Counted from the first letter of the stretch, positions 38,488 to 49,147 are shown. The stretch: 64,000 bases of DNA from Spirochaetia bacterium (GCA_963662795.1 OY759746.1:1-64000); one strand, 5' to 3'. Numbers and translations: made by a program. Notes: a model not told the origin generated them from the letters alone.

Positions 38488-40644
38488 TCAGACATCTTTT
38501 ATTGAAAGCGATATTCTTTTTCTTTCAAGGTCTGTTTCAATTACCTTTACACTCACCTTCTGATTCACCTTGATAAAATCTGCCGGATTCTCAACAAAGT
38601 TTTTTGATATCATGCTTTTATGAACAAGCCCGTCCTGATGCACCCCGATATCAACAAATGCGCCGAAAGCTGTAACATTGGTAACTGTGCCGTTAAGTAC
38701 CATCCCGGGGGAGATGTCCTCAATCTTTTCAATTCCATCAGAATAAGTAAAGAGGGTGAATTCGCTTCTTGGATCCCTCCCCGGTTTTTCAAGTTCAGCT
38801 ATAATGTCATTTACAGTAAAAAGCCCGGCACTTTCATCTGTGTACTTTCCCGGATCAATTTTGGCGGTAATTCCGCTCATTCCCATCAGCCGGTCAAGAT
38901 CAAGATTAAGGTCATCAGCTATCCTTTCAGCAATATGATAATTTTCAGGATGCACCGCGCTGCGGTCAAGCGGGTTTTCACCATTCATTATCCTCAGGAA
39001 TCCGGCAGCCTGCTGATAGGCTGTTTTGCCAAGCCCTTTTACTTCAAGCAGGTTACTCCTCTGGTAGAATAAACCCGATTTTTCCCTGTGTCTTACAATT
39101 GATGCAGCAAGTGTTTTTCCAAGTCCTGAAACATAACCCAAAAGCTCGATTCCTGCGCTGTTGACATCCACACCTACTGAGTTGACACAGCTCACTACTA
39201 CATCATCGAGTGCTGTTTTCAGCTTCTTCCTGTCAACATCATGTTGATACTGCCCAACCCCGATAGACTGCGGATCAATCTTGATAAGTTCCGAGAGGGG
39301 GTCCTGCAGCCTTCTGCCTATTGAAACAGCCCCCCTGAACGTAATATCAAGGTCAGGGAACTCTTCCCTGGCTGCCTCCGATGCTGAATAGACTGAAGCA
39401 CCGCTTTCGTTTACCGTAATAATCTTTATTTTACCGGACAGTACTTTATTAAGATACTTTGATATTTCCCTTGAGCCTGTACCGTTGCCTACTGCGGCCG
39501 CCTCCACTTTATACTTATCGATATAACCCTTTATAATATCCAATCCCTTTTTGTTTTTTTCATCCTCATCTGCAGTATTATTGGCATACAATACAGTCTG
39601 GCCAATCAGCTTACCGGTACTGTCAATAAGAACAACCTTACTCCCTGTCCTTATTCCAGGATCAACTGCTATTACAGGCTTGTTTCCGTAAGGAGGCTCA
39701 AGAAGAAGTTCCCTCAGCCCGGACGCAAATACGGCAATTGAATATTCATCCGCTTTTTCCTTAAGGGCCCCTGTATGCCAGTTTTCAATTGAGGGAAGCA
39801 GAAGGCGGGACCAGCTTTCATTTACGGCCCTGTCTACCAGGCCTGAAGCCTTTACAGAAAGCTTTCCGGTCAGTTTCATATCCCCGTCAAATATTTTCCT
39901 GATCATCATGCAGGCTGTTTCCGCATCAGGGCGTATTTTAACCGAAAGCATTTTCTCTTCATGTCCCCTCATAACAGCCAGTATCCGGTGAGGAGGCGCT
40001 TTATCCGCCCTTTCACGATAGTCAAAATAATCCCTGTACTTCTGCGCATCTGCGCGCTTTTTCTCTATAACCCTGCTTTCGATAAAGGTCTCTTTTTGAA
40101 AGAGGATACGGAGCATTCTTCTTATTTCACTATTCCCGTTAACAAGGGCGGCAATAATGTCTGTGCATCCTTCAAGAACATCATCCGCGGACGAAAGGCC
40201 TTTTTCGCTGTCTATGTATTTTACTGCTTCCTGCTCCGGATCTCTTACATGCCCTTCAAGAATACCCGTTGCAAGGGGCTTAAGCCCCCGTTCTTCCGCA
40301 GTCTTTGCCCTGGTCTTCTTCCCTTCTTTGTAGGGAAGATAAATATCCTCAATTTCTTCCGCGGAAAAGGAATTGTTTATCTTTTTTTCAAGCTCATCAG
40401 TAATAAGATTTTTATCTGTAAGTGTTTTTATTATAAAAGCTTTTCTTTTTACAAGATCGGTAAAATACTGTGCTTTATCCCTTATCGCGGCGATCTGCTC
40501 TTCGTTTAGATTTCCGGTAACTTCTTTTCTGTACCTTGCCATAAACGGTACAGTCGCTTTTTCATCAAGAAGTAAAAGGACTGCTTTTACATTTTTTTCT
40601 GGGATAGAAAGATTTTCTGATATTATTTTACTTATTAAATTCAT
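38488..40644 (-). CDS. tex: Tex transcription accessory protein
   Basis: TVPFMARYRKE, DPGIRTG, IGVGQYQHD and a C-terminal S1 domain. Start moved to ATG 40644. Confidence 0.96.
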   Translation of the reverse strand: MNLISKIISENLSIPEKNVKAVLLLLDEKATVPFMARYRKEVTGNLNEEQIAAIRDKAQYFTDLVKRKAFIIKTLTDKNLITDELEKKINNSFSAEEIEDIYLPYKEGKKTRAKTAEERGLKPLATGILEGHVRDPEQEAVKYIDSEKGLSSADDVLEGCTDIIAALVNGNSEIRRMLRILFQKETFIESRVIEKKRADAQKYRDYFDYRERADKAPPHRILAVMRGHEEKMLSVKIRPDAETACMMIRKIFDGDMKLTGKLSVKASGLVDRAVNESWSRLLLPSIENWHTGALKEKADEYSIAVFASGLRELLLEPPYGNKPVIAVDPGIRTGSKVVLIDSTGKLIGQTVLYANNTADEDEKNKKGLDIIKGYIDKYKVEAAAVGNGTGSREISKYLNKVLSGKIKIITVNESGASVYSASEAAREEFPDLDITFRGAVSIGRRLQDPLSELIKIDPQSIGVGQYQHDVDRKKLKTALDDVVVSCVNSVGVDVNSAGIELLGYVSGLGKTLAASIVRHREKSGLFYQRSNLLEVKGLGKTAYQQAAGFLRIMNGENPLDRSAVHPENYHIAERIADDLNLDLDRLMGMSGITAKIDPGKYTDESAGLFTVNDIIAELEKPGRDPRSEFTLFTYSDGIEKIEDISPGMVLNGTVTNVTAFGAFVDIGVHQDGLVHKSMISKNFVENPADFIKVNQKVSVKVIETDLERKRISLSIKDV

Positions 40645-40657
40645 TTTTTTTCCTGCA

Positions 40658-40761
40658 TTATTGAACCGGTAATTAAATATTTTAAAATTCAAATATTCAA
40701 ACTGATTACGGTTATGTATCAATCCAGTTTAATTATTTGATAAATATTGCCGGTTCAATAA
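40658..40761. repeat. Nested long inverted repeat in the tex/epmA intergenic region
   Basis: Outer arms 40658-40673 / 40746-40761 match 15/16; inner arms 40689-40704 / 40725-40740 match 14/16. Confidence 0.75.
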
Positions 40762-40817
40762 ATCATACAAAATATTTGCCTGTTAAAGAATAGCATTATG
40801 AGCTAAAAAAATGTATC

Positions 40818-41783
40818 ATGGTTTTCACTATGAAAGATATGTCTCTTTTAAAAAAAAGATCAGAGATAATTCGTGAAACGGAAAATTTTTTTATTGAAAA
40901 CAATTATCTACAGGTTGAAACCCCTCTTTTATCCCCTCATCTGATACCGGAATCCCATCTTGAGGTATTCGCTTCAAAAATGACAAACCCCTATGGTGAG
41001 GATAAGGATTATTATCTCACCCCTTCTCCTGAAATATGGATGAAAAAGCTTCTTGCGCAGGGGTCGGGTTCCATTTTCCAGATTTCAAAATCCTTCAGGA
41101 ATTCCGAGCAGACCGGCTTCCATCACAATCCTGAATTTACAATGCTTGAATGGTACACAACAGGAGCTGACTACAGCGGTTCTGTCATGATAACCGAAGC
41201 TCTTCTGAAACATCTTTCACAAAAATTCGATTGTCCGGGAATTGCCCCCCCGATAATGAATATTTCAATGAAAGAGCTTTTTTTACAATATACATCTATT
41301 GATATAGAAAAACACGGCAGTACTGCGGAATTAATTGACGCTGTTGAAAAAACGGGATACGGCAGAAAAGAAGGATATACCTGGGCAGATGCCTTTAACT
41401 CGCTGTTTCTTTGCGAAGTTGAACCTGAAATACCGAAAGACAGGCCTGTGCTGATCACGGATTACCCTGAGCAGATACCATGCCTCGCAAAGAGGAGCCG
41501 GAAAGGGCCGTGGTTCCAGCGGTGGGAACTTTATCTTGACGGTATTGAAACAGCCAACTGTTATACCGAGGAGACTGATAAAAAACTGGTTGACCGGTTT
41601 TTCAGGGAGCAGAGCCTGCAGAAAACAAAAGCATTGGTCCCTCATCATGTTGAGGAAAGCTATACAGAGATATTTGACGGCAGATTCCCTGAATGTTCAG
41701 GCGTCGCACTCGGGATCGACAGACTTGTAATGGCGATAACCGGAACAAAAAGGATACAGGATATAATCAGTTTTACATTTTAA
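40818..41783 (+). CDS. epmA: EF-P lysine aminoacylase EpmA (GenX/PoxA)
   Basis: LysRS catalytic domain only, with SPEIWMKKLLA, HNPEFTMLEWY and SGVALGIDRL. Confidence 0.92.
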   Translation: MVFTMKDMSLLKKRSEIIRETENFFIENNYLQVETPLLSPHLIPESHLEVFASKMTNPYGEDKDYYLTPSPEIWMKKLLAQGSGSIFQISKSFRNSEQTGFHHNPEFTMLEWYTTGADYSGSVMITEALLKHLSQKFDCPGIAPPIMNISMKELFLQYTSIDIEKHGSTAELIDAVEKTGYGRKEGYTWADAFNSLFLCEVEPEIPKDRPVLITDYPEQIPCLAKRSRKGPWFQRWELYLDGIETANCYTEETDKKLVDRFFREQSLQKTKALVPHHVEESYTEIFDGRFPECSGVALGIDRLVMAITGTKRIQDIISFTF

Positions 41784-43572
41784 GCCAGACAAACTCCCAT
41801 GGATGCAGCGTAATCATTGGGGAGATGCCGGAGAGCAGCAATGCCGCGGATTTTTTTCCCGTAATTATATCTGTAAACCTGCCGGGGCTGTTTTCATCAA
41901 ATATTTCCCATCCCGGAAAACTTTTAAGCACTTTTCCGCTGATATTAAAAATACAGAGGACCGCCCCCTCCCCGGGATCTGATCCTGGAGGAATCCGTAA
42001 AAATGCAAAAAGAGATCCGTCTCCGGAAAGGACCTTCTGGGTGCCTCTCGGATGAAATGCTTTCTCGCTTTTCCTTGCCAGCAGAAGCTGCCTGTACCTG
42101 TCAAGGATAATCCGGCGGTCGGAGTTTTCATCTTCAAGCTCTTTTTCAATGCTTTCAAGATCAAGCTTTTCCCTGTTTATTGTCCGGTTCATTCCTGTGA
42201 TTTCAACGCCTTTCCTGTAATTGAGCGACCCGATAATGCTGTGTATATAGATTCCGGGAACCCCTTCCATGGCAAGCATTATCGCCTGGGATGCAATATA
42301 TTTATCAATTGCTTCAGTTGTGCTCAGTTTGCGCTTATCCGGGCCGGCAGACGTGTTATCAGCTACACCTTTCTCTCCGGCAATAGCAGAACGGTAATTG
42401 ATATTAAGCTCATATGGGATTTTACCGTCTTTTACAGCCTTGTATGATACAAAACCGCCTCTTTCAGTCACCTCAGAGAGCATATTCTCAATCTCTTCCG
42501 GTTCAAGTATTCCATTTGCAGGCAAAACACCGATACCATCGTGAGAGGCAAGAAAATTAAAAAACGTAACATCAGAAGACGGTTTGGAGAGTGATTCAGC
42601 CGCCCATTTTCTGAGATGAGATGCATCTTCCCGCAAAAAAGCGTCAAATGTCAAAGGAGGAAGCGCGAACTGATAAACCATGTGAGCTTCATCATGACCG
42701 CTGCCGAAATATGAAAGGTTTTCCCTGTGGGGCACATTGGTTTCAGTTATTATTACTACCCAGGGGGCAAACAGTTTCACCGCTTCCCTGAAAACCTTAA
42801 CAACAGCATGGGTCTTTTCGTGATGCAGGCAGGAGTGCCCCTCTTCCTTCCAGAGAAACGCTATTGCGTCGAGACGGATTATCTGCACTCCATAACGGAT
42901 ATACATAAAAAATATTGAAAGCATCTCTTTTAAGACCCCAGGATTTGCGTAGTTCAGGTCCACCTGGTCAGCGCTGAATGTAGTCCATACAAGTTTTTCA
43001 CCGTCTGCTGTGGAAAAAGGGGTAAGAAGGGGGAGAGCTCTCGGCCTGAATACCATTGAGACATCTGTGCCCGGTGTTACTGTAATAAAAAAATCTTTGT
43101 AAAAAGAGTCCCATTCAAGATATTTTTTAAACCACATGCTTTTAGCGGAACAGTGATTAATAACCAGATCTGCCATCAGCTTGTATGTCTTTCCGATTTC
43201 AATAACATCATCCCAGCTGCCCCACCCTGGATTGACAGCCCTGTAGTCAATAACAGAAAACCCGTCATCTGAAGAATAAGGTGAAAACGGGAGGATATGA
43301 ACGGCGGAAACCGCATCTCCGATATTGCCTGTGATGAATTTTTCAAGCTGTTTTAGGGGGGCCTGTCCTTTAGTGCTGAACTGGTCACCGTATGTAATAA
43401 GAACCGAATCTGTCTCATCTACCGGAAGTTTTTTCTCTTTACCTGGGCCGGAAGGTTTATTAATTCCCTGAGACGCTTTTTCAAGTTCTCCAATAATAAG
43501 GTCTGAAACCTCTTTTTCCCTGTCCCTGCCGTAAATAAAACCTAAATAATCTTTTAATATTGAATAATCCAT
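41773..43572 (-). CDS. GH13_18 phosphorylase, probable glucosylglycerate phosphorylase
   Basis: LITYGD, RLDAIAFLWK, ITETNVPH, ASHDGIG and PYELN. Confidence 0.88.
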   Translation of the reverse strand: MDYSILKDYLGFIYGRDREKEVSDLIIGELEKASQGINKPSGPGKEKKLPVDETDSVLITYGDQFSTKGQAPLKQLEKFITGNIGDAVSAVHILPFSPYSSDDGFSVIDYRAVNPGWGSWDDVIEIGKTYKLMADLVINHCSAKSMWFKKYLEWDSFYKDFFITVTPGTDVSMVFRPRALPLLTPFSTADGEKLVWTTFSADQVDLNYANPGVLKEMLSIFFMYIRYGVQIIRLDAIAFLWKEEGHSCLHHEKTHAVVKVFREAVKLFAPWVVIITETNVPHRENLSYFGSGHDEAHMVYQFALPPLTFDAFLREDASHLRKWAAESLSKPSSDVTFFNFLASHDGIGVLPANGILEPEEIENMLSEVTERGGFVSYKAVKDGKIPYELNINYRSAIAGEKGVADNTSAGPDKRKLSTTEAIDKYIASQAIMLAMEGVPGIYIHSIIGSLNYRKGVEITGMNRTINREKLDLESIEKELEDENSDRRIILDRYRQLLLARKSEKAFHPRGTQKVLSGDGSLFAFLRIPPGSDPGEGAVLCIFNISGKVLKSFPGWEIFDENSPGRFTDIITGKKSAALLLSGISPMITLHPWEFVWLKM

Positions 43573-43652
43573 AATCCAACTTTATTACAGTGTTTATAGT
43601 AATGCAAATAGTTTGACTAACTTTTTTCCCGAATTTAAACTATCATATATTT

Positions 43653-45287
43653 ATGGAAAAAATCAAAATTGCACTGTTTCATTATCATTTTCTTCCAGGC
43701 GGAGTGGCAACTGTCGCAGCTCTTGCAGTCAATGCGCTTCTCGAGTACGGACTTGATAATTCAATGCAGAAAGATTCTTTCCTGATCGAGGAAATCTGCT
43801 TTATTTCAGGAAGAGAAGAGAACCTTGAAAATCTCATTTCCTCAAAAATCATAAAACCTGAGGGGAATAATGCAAGGATAGGATATGAAGTCTGCCATGC
43901 AATAGATTACCTCTCCGCGGAGAGTCAGAGCGGCAGTCAGCATGAAAATACCGGGGCAGCAGATGAAATATTAAAGCTGTTTAAAAAATACAGCTCATAC
44001 ATCTGGTGGATACACAACTATCATCTTGGGAAAAACCCTTTGTTTACCTCGCTTTTAACGCAGTACCTCTCTGAAAACAGCAGCCAGAAGGCAATTCTTC
44101 ATATACACGATTTTCCGGAATGCGGGAGACTCAGTAACTTAAATTATCTTACAGGGTATGTAAAATCATTATACCCGGTAAAAAAAAATATCCGTTATGC
44201 GGCAATAAACGCAAGGGACACAGGATATCTGATCAGGGCGGGAATTCCACAATGCTGTGTAAGCCTTCTGTACGACCCCGTGCCGGACAACATGGTTCAT
44301 AAACCCTTTCAGGATGAATCAGCAGAAGAGGCAGAAATCAGAGATAAAGCAAAAAAAATACTTTCAGGCGCGTACGGAAAATTCTTTCCCGGATTCAGGC
44401 CCGATAAACCTTTTGCCCTCTATCCGGTAAGGACAATCAGGAGAAAAAATATACTCGAGGCGGCTCTTCTTGCCCATATTACAGGAGATGGGTTTAACCT
44501 TATTGTCACTTTGCCGGGTGTTTCTGATCAGGAAAAAAAATATTCTGATATTGTAAAAAGCTGTTTTGAAAGCGGGTCAGCTCCTGGAATATGGGGCTGC
44601 GGCAGCACAGTCTACGGAGAAGCGGCATCATTTGATAATGTTATAGCAGCGTCTGATTTTATAATATCATCATCTGTGCTTGAAGGTTTCGGGTATCTTT
44701 TCATTGATGCACTCAGATGGAGCAAACCGTTTGCGGCCCGCTATCTTGATATCATCGAAGGGTTTAAAGATATCTTTGATAATACAGCGTCCTGTTTTTA
44801 CAGATCAGTAAATGTTCCGCTGAGCATCGGGGAAAGGGAAGAAATTCTCACCCGATGGCTGGCACTGATAAAAACATATTCAAATGTCATTGACAGCTCT
44901 TTGGTAAAATTAATTGAAAGTAATATTTCATCCCTCTTCACCATGGAATACACAGACTTTTCCTTTCTTCCGGTAAGTAAACAGGCAGAAATACTTTTGC
45001 GAACAAAAAATGACTTTAGTTTCAGGGATGATATCAAGCAATTAAACTCAAAAGTTATAAGTGAAATTCTTAATACGATGGAGAGAATACAGACTTACGA
45101 TACAGCAAAAGCAGCAGATTATTTTTCATATAAAACTTTTGCAGGTAATTTCAATCAGGTTATCAGTTCTTTTAACATGAATAAAAAGGAATCAGAATTA
45201 TCAAATTCCCTGAATGATATTTCAGGAAAACTGCTTTCTTTTTTTGTGAAGCCTGAATACTTAAGATTATTACTTGCGGAAAAATAA
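43653..45287 (+). CDS. GT-B (GT4-like) glycosyltransferase
   Basis: HYHFLPGGV, HIHDFPE, YPVRTIRRKNILE and SSVLEGFG. Confidence 0.8.
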   Translation: MEKIKIALFHYHFLPGGVATVAALAVNALLEYGLDNSMQKDSFLIEEICFISGREENLENLISSKIIKPEGNNARIGYEVCHAIDYLSAESQSGSQHENTGAADEILKLFKKYSSYIWWIHNYHLGKNPLFTSLLTQYLSENSSQKAILHIHDFPECGRLSNLNYLTGYVKSLYPVKKNIRYAAINARDTGYLIRAGIPQCCVSLLYDPVPDNMVHKPFQDESAEEAEIRDKAKKILSGAYGKFFPGFRPDKPFALYPVRTIRRKNILEAALLAHITGDGFNLIVTLPGVSDQEKKYSDIVKSCFESGSAPGIWGCGSTVYGEAASFDNVIAASDFIISSSVLEGFGYLFIDALRWSKPFAARYLDIIEGFKDIFDNTASCFYRSVNVPLSIGEREEILTRWLALIKTYSNVIDSSLVKLIESNISSLFTMEYTDFSFLPVSKQAEILLRTKNDFSFRDDIKQLNSKVISEILNTMERIQTYDTAKAADYFSYKTFAGNFNQVISSFNMNKKESELSNSLNDISGKLLSFFVKPEYLRLLLAEK

Positions 45288-45353
45288 TGCTGAACTCCTT
45301 TTGCATTTCTTGTTTGAGCTCAGCAAAAAACCAGTTAACACTGTTCAGGCTGT

Positions 45354-47312
45354 TTAAATCTTTCTTTTTACAGTTTTCCGTATTTTATAGAACTGAATGG
45401 AACAGGCAACCACGATCAGGCAAAAACCTGCAAGGTCAGTTATCCCTTCAGGAAAAATAAGCATCAGCCCGCCTGCAAAAAAGAGCAGCCTTTCAAATCT
45501 GTTTGTAAATGTATAGAAATACCCTTCCATGGCAGCGCTAAGGCTGACCATTCCGATAAGGGAAGTTATAACAATCTGTGCAATCTGAAGCGGAGTTGTA
45601 TTGATCAAAAGAAGCGAAGGTGAAAAAGCGAAAATATAGGGTATGATAAAAGCTGCAATCGCGAGTTTTGTCGCCTGAACTCCTGTTTTAAAAGGGTTAC
45701 TTTTTGCAATTGCAGAGCCTGCATAGGCGGCAAGAGCAACCGGAGGGGTGATATCTGCAATTATTCCGAAATAAAATGTAAACATGTGCGCAGCAAGCAT
45801 TGGAACACCAAGCTGTACAACTGCTGGAGCTGTTATGGTTGATGTAATGAGATAGTTGGCTGTAGTCGGGATACCCATACCGAGAATCAGGGAAGATATC
45901 ATTGTAAAAAACAGGGTAAAGAACATGTTGCCGCCTGCAAGCGCGACAAGACCGGAAGCCATTTTAAGACCGAGACCGGTCAGGGTAACTATCCCGATAA
46001 TTATTCCTGCAGTTGCGCATGCTGCAGCTACTCCCAGGATGTTGCGTCCGGCGTTTTCAAGTGCATCGATAAAGTCCCTGAAACTCATTCTTGTGCATTT
46101 CCTCATCATGCTCGCAATAACAGAAGTGATGATTCCGTTAAGAGCCGCCCTTACAGGGGTAGCTCCCTGAACCAGGAAATATACAATAACAATAAGGGGG
46201 ATAATTAAATGGCCCCTTTCTTTCATGACTTTGAAAATGCGCGGTATTTCATCTTTACTCATCCCGCCGAGACCCAGTTTTTTTGCTTCAAGATGTACCA
46301 TGATAAAAATTCCGGTAAAATATAAAAGCGCCGGTATAATTGCGGCTTTCGCTACTTCGATATATGGAATACCGAGCGTTTCCGACATCAGAAAAGCAGC
46401 AGCACCCATAATCGGCGGCATAAGCTGACCACCGGTCGAGGCTGATGCTTCAACCGCTGCCGCGAATTCAGGTTTATAGCCCAGCTTTTTCATCATAGGA
46501 ATTGTAAAACTGCCTGAACCAACAGTGTTGGAAACAGAGCTTCCTGAAATTGTTCCAAGCATTGCTGAAGTTATTATCGCGACCTTGGCAGGGCCTCCTG
46601 CGGCAAAACCCGCTATCGCATTGGCAAGGTCGATAAAAAATTTTGCAATCCCTGTTTTGTCAAGAAAGGCGCCGAAAAGGATAAAGAGGAAAATAAATGT
46701 GGCGCTTACTCCGAGCGGCACCCCTATAATCCCTTCAGTAGTATAAAAAAGATGTCCGACAACACGCCTGAATGAATAACCGCGGTGATTAAGAAAACCG
46801 GGCATATACGGGCCTGCAAAAGCATAGGTTATAAAGGTAGCCGCAATTATTACTATAGGCCAGCCTACAACGCGGCGGCACGCTTCAAGGACAAGCACTA
46901 TCCCGACAGCGGCGACAAAAATATCCATGTTGTTAAAAGCTCCTGACCTGTCGATCAGACCTTCATAATTAATTGTTATATAAAGAGCCGAAAGCGATGC
47001 GGTGAGGGAAAGAACAACATCATACCAGGGTATTGAAGTCTGTCTGGATGATTTCAGGAAAGGATAAAGAAGGAAAACAAGCAGAAGGACGAAAGCCAGA
47101 TGCATGGAACGCTGTATCTGGGCCGGCAGCAGACCGAATGAAGCGGTCCAGAGCTGAAAAACAGAGAAAGAAACGCAAATAAAAGCTACCATCATATGCA
47201 GATAGCCGGTAAGACGCCTGTACCCTGATTCCTTGTCTACTTTTACGAGGATATCGCTTACATCAATTTCTGTGCGCCCCTCTTTTGCCTCAGTCTGCTT
47301 AACTTCTTCCAT
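45354..47312 (-). CDS. TAXI-TRAP fused 4TM/12TM permease
   Basis: GGPAKV, ASTGGQLMPPIMGAAAF and ITPPVALAA. Confidence 0.96.
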   Translation of the reverse strand: MEEVKQTEAKEGRTEIDVSDILVKVDKESGYRRLTGYLHMMVAFICVSFSVFQLWTASFGLLPAQIQRSMHLAFVLLLVFLLYPFLKSSRQTSIPWYDVVLSLTASLSALYITINYEGLIDRSGAFNNMDIFVAAVGIVLVLEACRRVVGWPIVIIAATFITYAFAGPYMPGFLNHRGYSFRRVVGHLFYTTEGIIGVPLGVSATFIFLFILFGAFLDKTGIAKFFIDLANAIAGFAAGGPAKVAIITSAMLGTISGSSVSNTVGSGSFTIPMMKKLGYKPEFAAAVEASASTGGQLMPPIMGAAAFLMSETLGIPYIEVAKAAIIPALLYFTGIFIMVHLEAKKLGLGGMSKDEIPRIFKVMKERGHLIIPLIVIVYFLVQGATPVRAALNGIITSVIASMMRKCTRMSFRDFIDALENAGRNILGVAAACATAGIIIGIVTLTGLGLKMASGLVALAGGNMFFTLFFTMISSLILGMGIPTTANYLITSTITAPAVVQLGVPMLAAHMFTFYFGIIADITPPVALAAYAGSAIAKSNPFKTGVQATKLAIAAFIIPYIFAFSPSLLLINTTPLQIAQIVITSLIGMVSLSAAMEGYFYTFTNRFERLLFFAGGLMLIFPEGITDLAGFCLIVVACSIQFYKIRKTVKRKI

Positions 47313-47853
47313 TAAGAGCTCCTTTTCTTAAGTAATCCATCACATAGTACATCGCAATTTCAGCTGCTGATAATTTTTTTACCTGAAATCTCAGATTTGT
47401 CTGAGGTTTGGCAAGATCACTTAAGGGGATGCTGCCTGACTTCAAAATAATTGTATGATCAGCTATAGTCCCCACAAAGACAACAAGATCATCAACAATC
47501 CTGTTTATATCATGATAATCGATATAATCTTTCTCGACTGAAAAATCTGATGATTCCTCTTCAGGAAAACTTGCCACCCCTGCCCCGAATGAGCTGAACC
47601 GGCTTGAATCAAGGATAATGAGTCCGTCTTTCCTGATTTTAAAAATATCAGTAATTTTACTTTTATTAACTGAATGAATATATGAGATGGCAAATTCCAT
47701 ACCCGGCTTGAATGCCGTGCTGTACACAATCCTGCCATCCCTGACCTTTTCGATAACAAACCTGTCTGTCGCCGGAATAAAAAGAGATATGATTAATACG
47801 GCGGTAAAAAAAACGGGGAGCAGTCTGCTCCCCGGCAGCGATTCATTCTTCAC
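47299..47853 (-). CDS. DUF1850 protein
   Basis: ISYIHSV and FGAG; sits between the TAXI binding protein and the permease. Confidence 0.88.
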   Translation of the reverse strand: MKNESLPGSRLLPVFFTAVLIISLFIPATDRFVIEKVRDGRIVYSTAFKPGMEFAISYIHSVNKSKITDIFKIRKDGLIILDSSRFSSFGAGVASFPEEESSDFSVEKDYIDYHDINRIVDDLVVFVGTIADHTIILKSGSIPLSDLAKPQTNLRFQVKKLSAAEIAMYYVMDYLRKGALNGRS

Positions 47854-47860
47854 AGGTTAT

Positions 47861-48832
47861 TTATTTAATAACACCCATTTCTTTATAGTATTTGGCAGCA
47901 CCCGGATGAAAAGGAACAGAAGCTCCCATTACCGCATCTTTCAGAATCAGGTTGTTCCCTTTTGCATGGGCCTGGGCAAGATCCGGCTGCTTGTCAAAAA
48001 GTGTTTTTGTAAGATTATAAACTACTTTTTCAGAAATATCGTTATTTACAATAAGTGTTGCTTTTACGGCAACAGTATCAGCATCCATTTCCATACCGTT
48101 ATAGGTATCTTTGCTTATTGTGAACTCGGTATAGAATTTGTAATTATCCATAAGCTTCTTTTTTGCAGCTGCATCAAGAGAAATCAGCTTTACACCGCCT
48201 ATTGTAGCAATTTCCTGTATCGCCGCATTGGGAATACCGGCTGTTACGAAAAACCCTTCAATCTGCTTGTCTTTAAGAGCTGCGCCTGATTCCTTGAATG
48301 AAAGTCTTTTTGTCTGCAGATCATCAAATGTAAGGCCATAGGCTTCAAGAATCTGTTTTGCATTGGCCTCAACACCGCTTCCTGCATCGCCGACAGAAAT
48401 ACTCTTACCTTTCATGTCAGCAATTGAATTTATCTTGCTGTCTTTTGCAACTACGATCTGTACAATTTCAGGATAAAGAGTTGCAACTGTTGAGAAAGTA
48501 TCAACTTTCTCTCCATCAAAAAGCTCTATTCCTTTCATTGCATAATCCATAACATCATTCTGGACTATCGCGAGTTCTGCTTCAGCTTTTCCGACAAGCC
48601 TTATATTTTCCTTTGAAGCGCCTGTTGACTGAGCTGTGACATTCATCCCTTCAATATTTGAATTCCAGATCTGGGCCATTGCTCCGCCGAATGGATAATA
48701 TGTTCCTGATGTTCCGCCTGTTGCAAGAATCAAATTTACCTTTTCCACTGCTGCTTCTTTTTTCTGGCAGCCTGCAAGAATACCGGACAGAAGTACGGCA
48801 GCAAGCAGAATCATGATAATAATTTTTTTCAT
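47861..48832 (-). CDS. TAXI-TRAP solute-binding lipoprotein
   Basis: Lipobox LAGC, ATGGTSGTYY and PFHPGA. Confidence 0.96.
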   Translation of the reverse strand: MKKIIIMILLAAVLLSGILAGCQKKEAAVEKVNLILATGGTSGTYYPFGGAMAQIWNSNIEGMNVTAQSTGASKENIRLVGKAEAELAIVQNDVMDYAMKGIELFDGEKVDTFSTVATLYPEIVQIVVAKDSKINSIADMKGKSISVGDAGSGVEANAKQILEAYGLTFDDLQTKRLSFKESGAALKDKQIEGFFVTAGIPNAAIQEIATIGGVKLISLDAAAKKKLMDNYKFYTEFTISKDTYNGMEMDADTVAVKATLIVNNDISEKVVYNLTKTLFDKQPDLAQAHAKGNNLILKDAVMGASVPFHPGAAKYYKEMGVIK

Positions 48833-49087
48833 AGATTTACAAATCCTCCTTTATGTCATTGTAACTACTGAATTCAGTGTTATCATGAAATATTGTTAAA
48901 ATCAAGATTTTATAGTGTACAATTTATTTTTAATAACTTTTAAGCATTTTTCTTGAAAAAACTGATACTTACTTTTCTTTCAAACTGTTTTTTAAGCATT
49001 TTTTGCGGATTATGCATTTCAGAGGATATTCAATTGGACTCATTATGTGATTTTGCATGATTTTAATGCATTTTCTTAAATTTTTTA

Positions 49088-49147
49088 TTGTGATTGCTTT
49101 AACGACACCTGAAAACTATTGTCATTAAAACCTATTCAAACTATAAT
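49088..49147 (+). promoter_or_regulatory. PFOR promoter with upstream Rex-like box
   Basis: TTGTCA-17-TATAAT at 49119-49147; TTGTGATTGCTTTAACGA at 49088-49105. Confidence 0.6.

Noticed and set aside
40645-40722. N-terminal extensions in the ORF track (tex; also rpsB, the RRM gene, btuB, tauE)
   Set aside because: Downstream starts with SDs match the family N-termini better.
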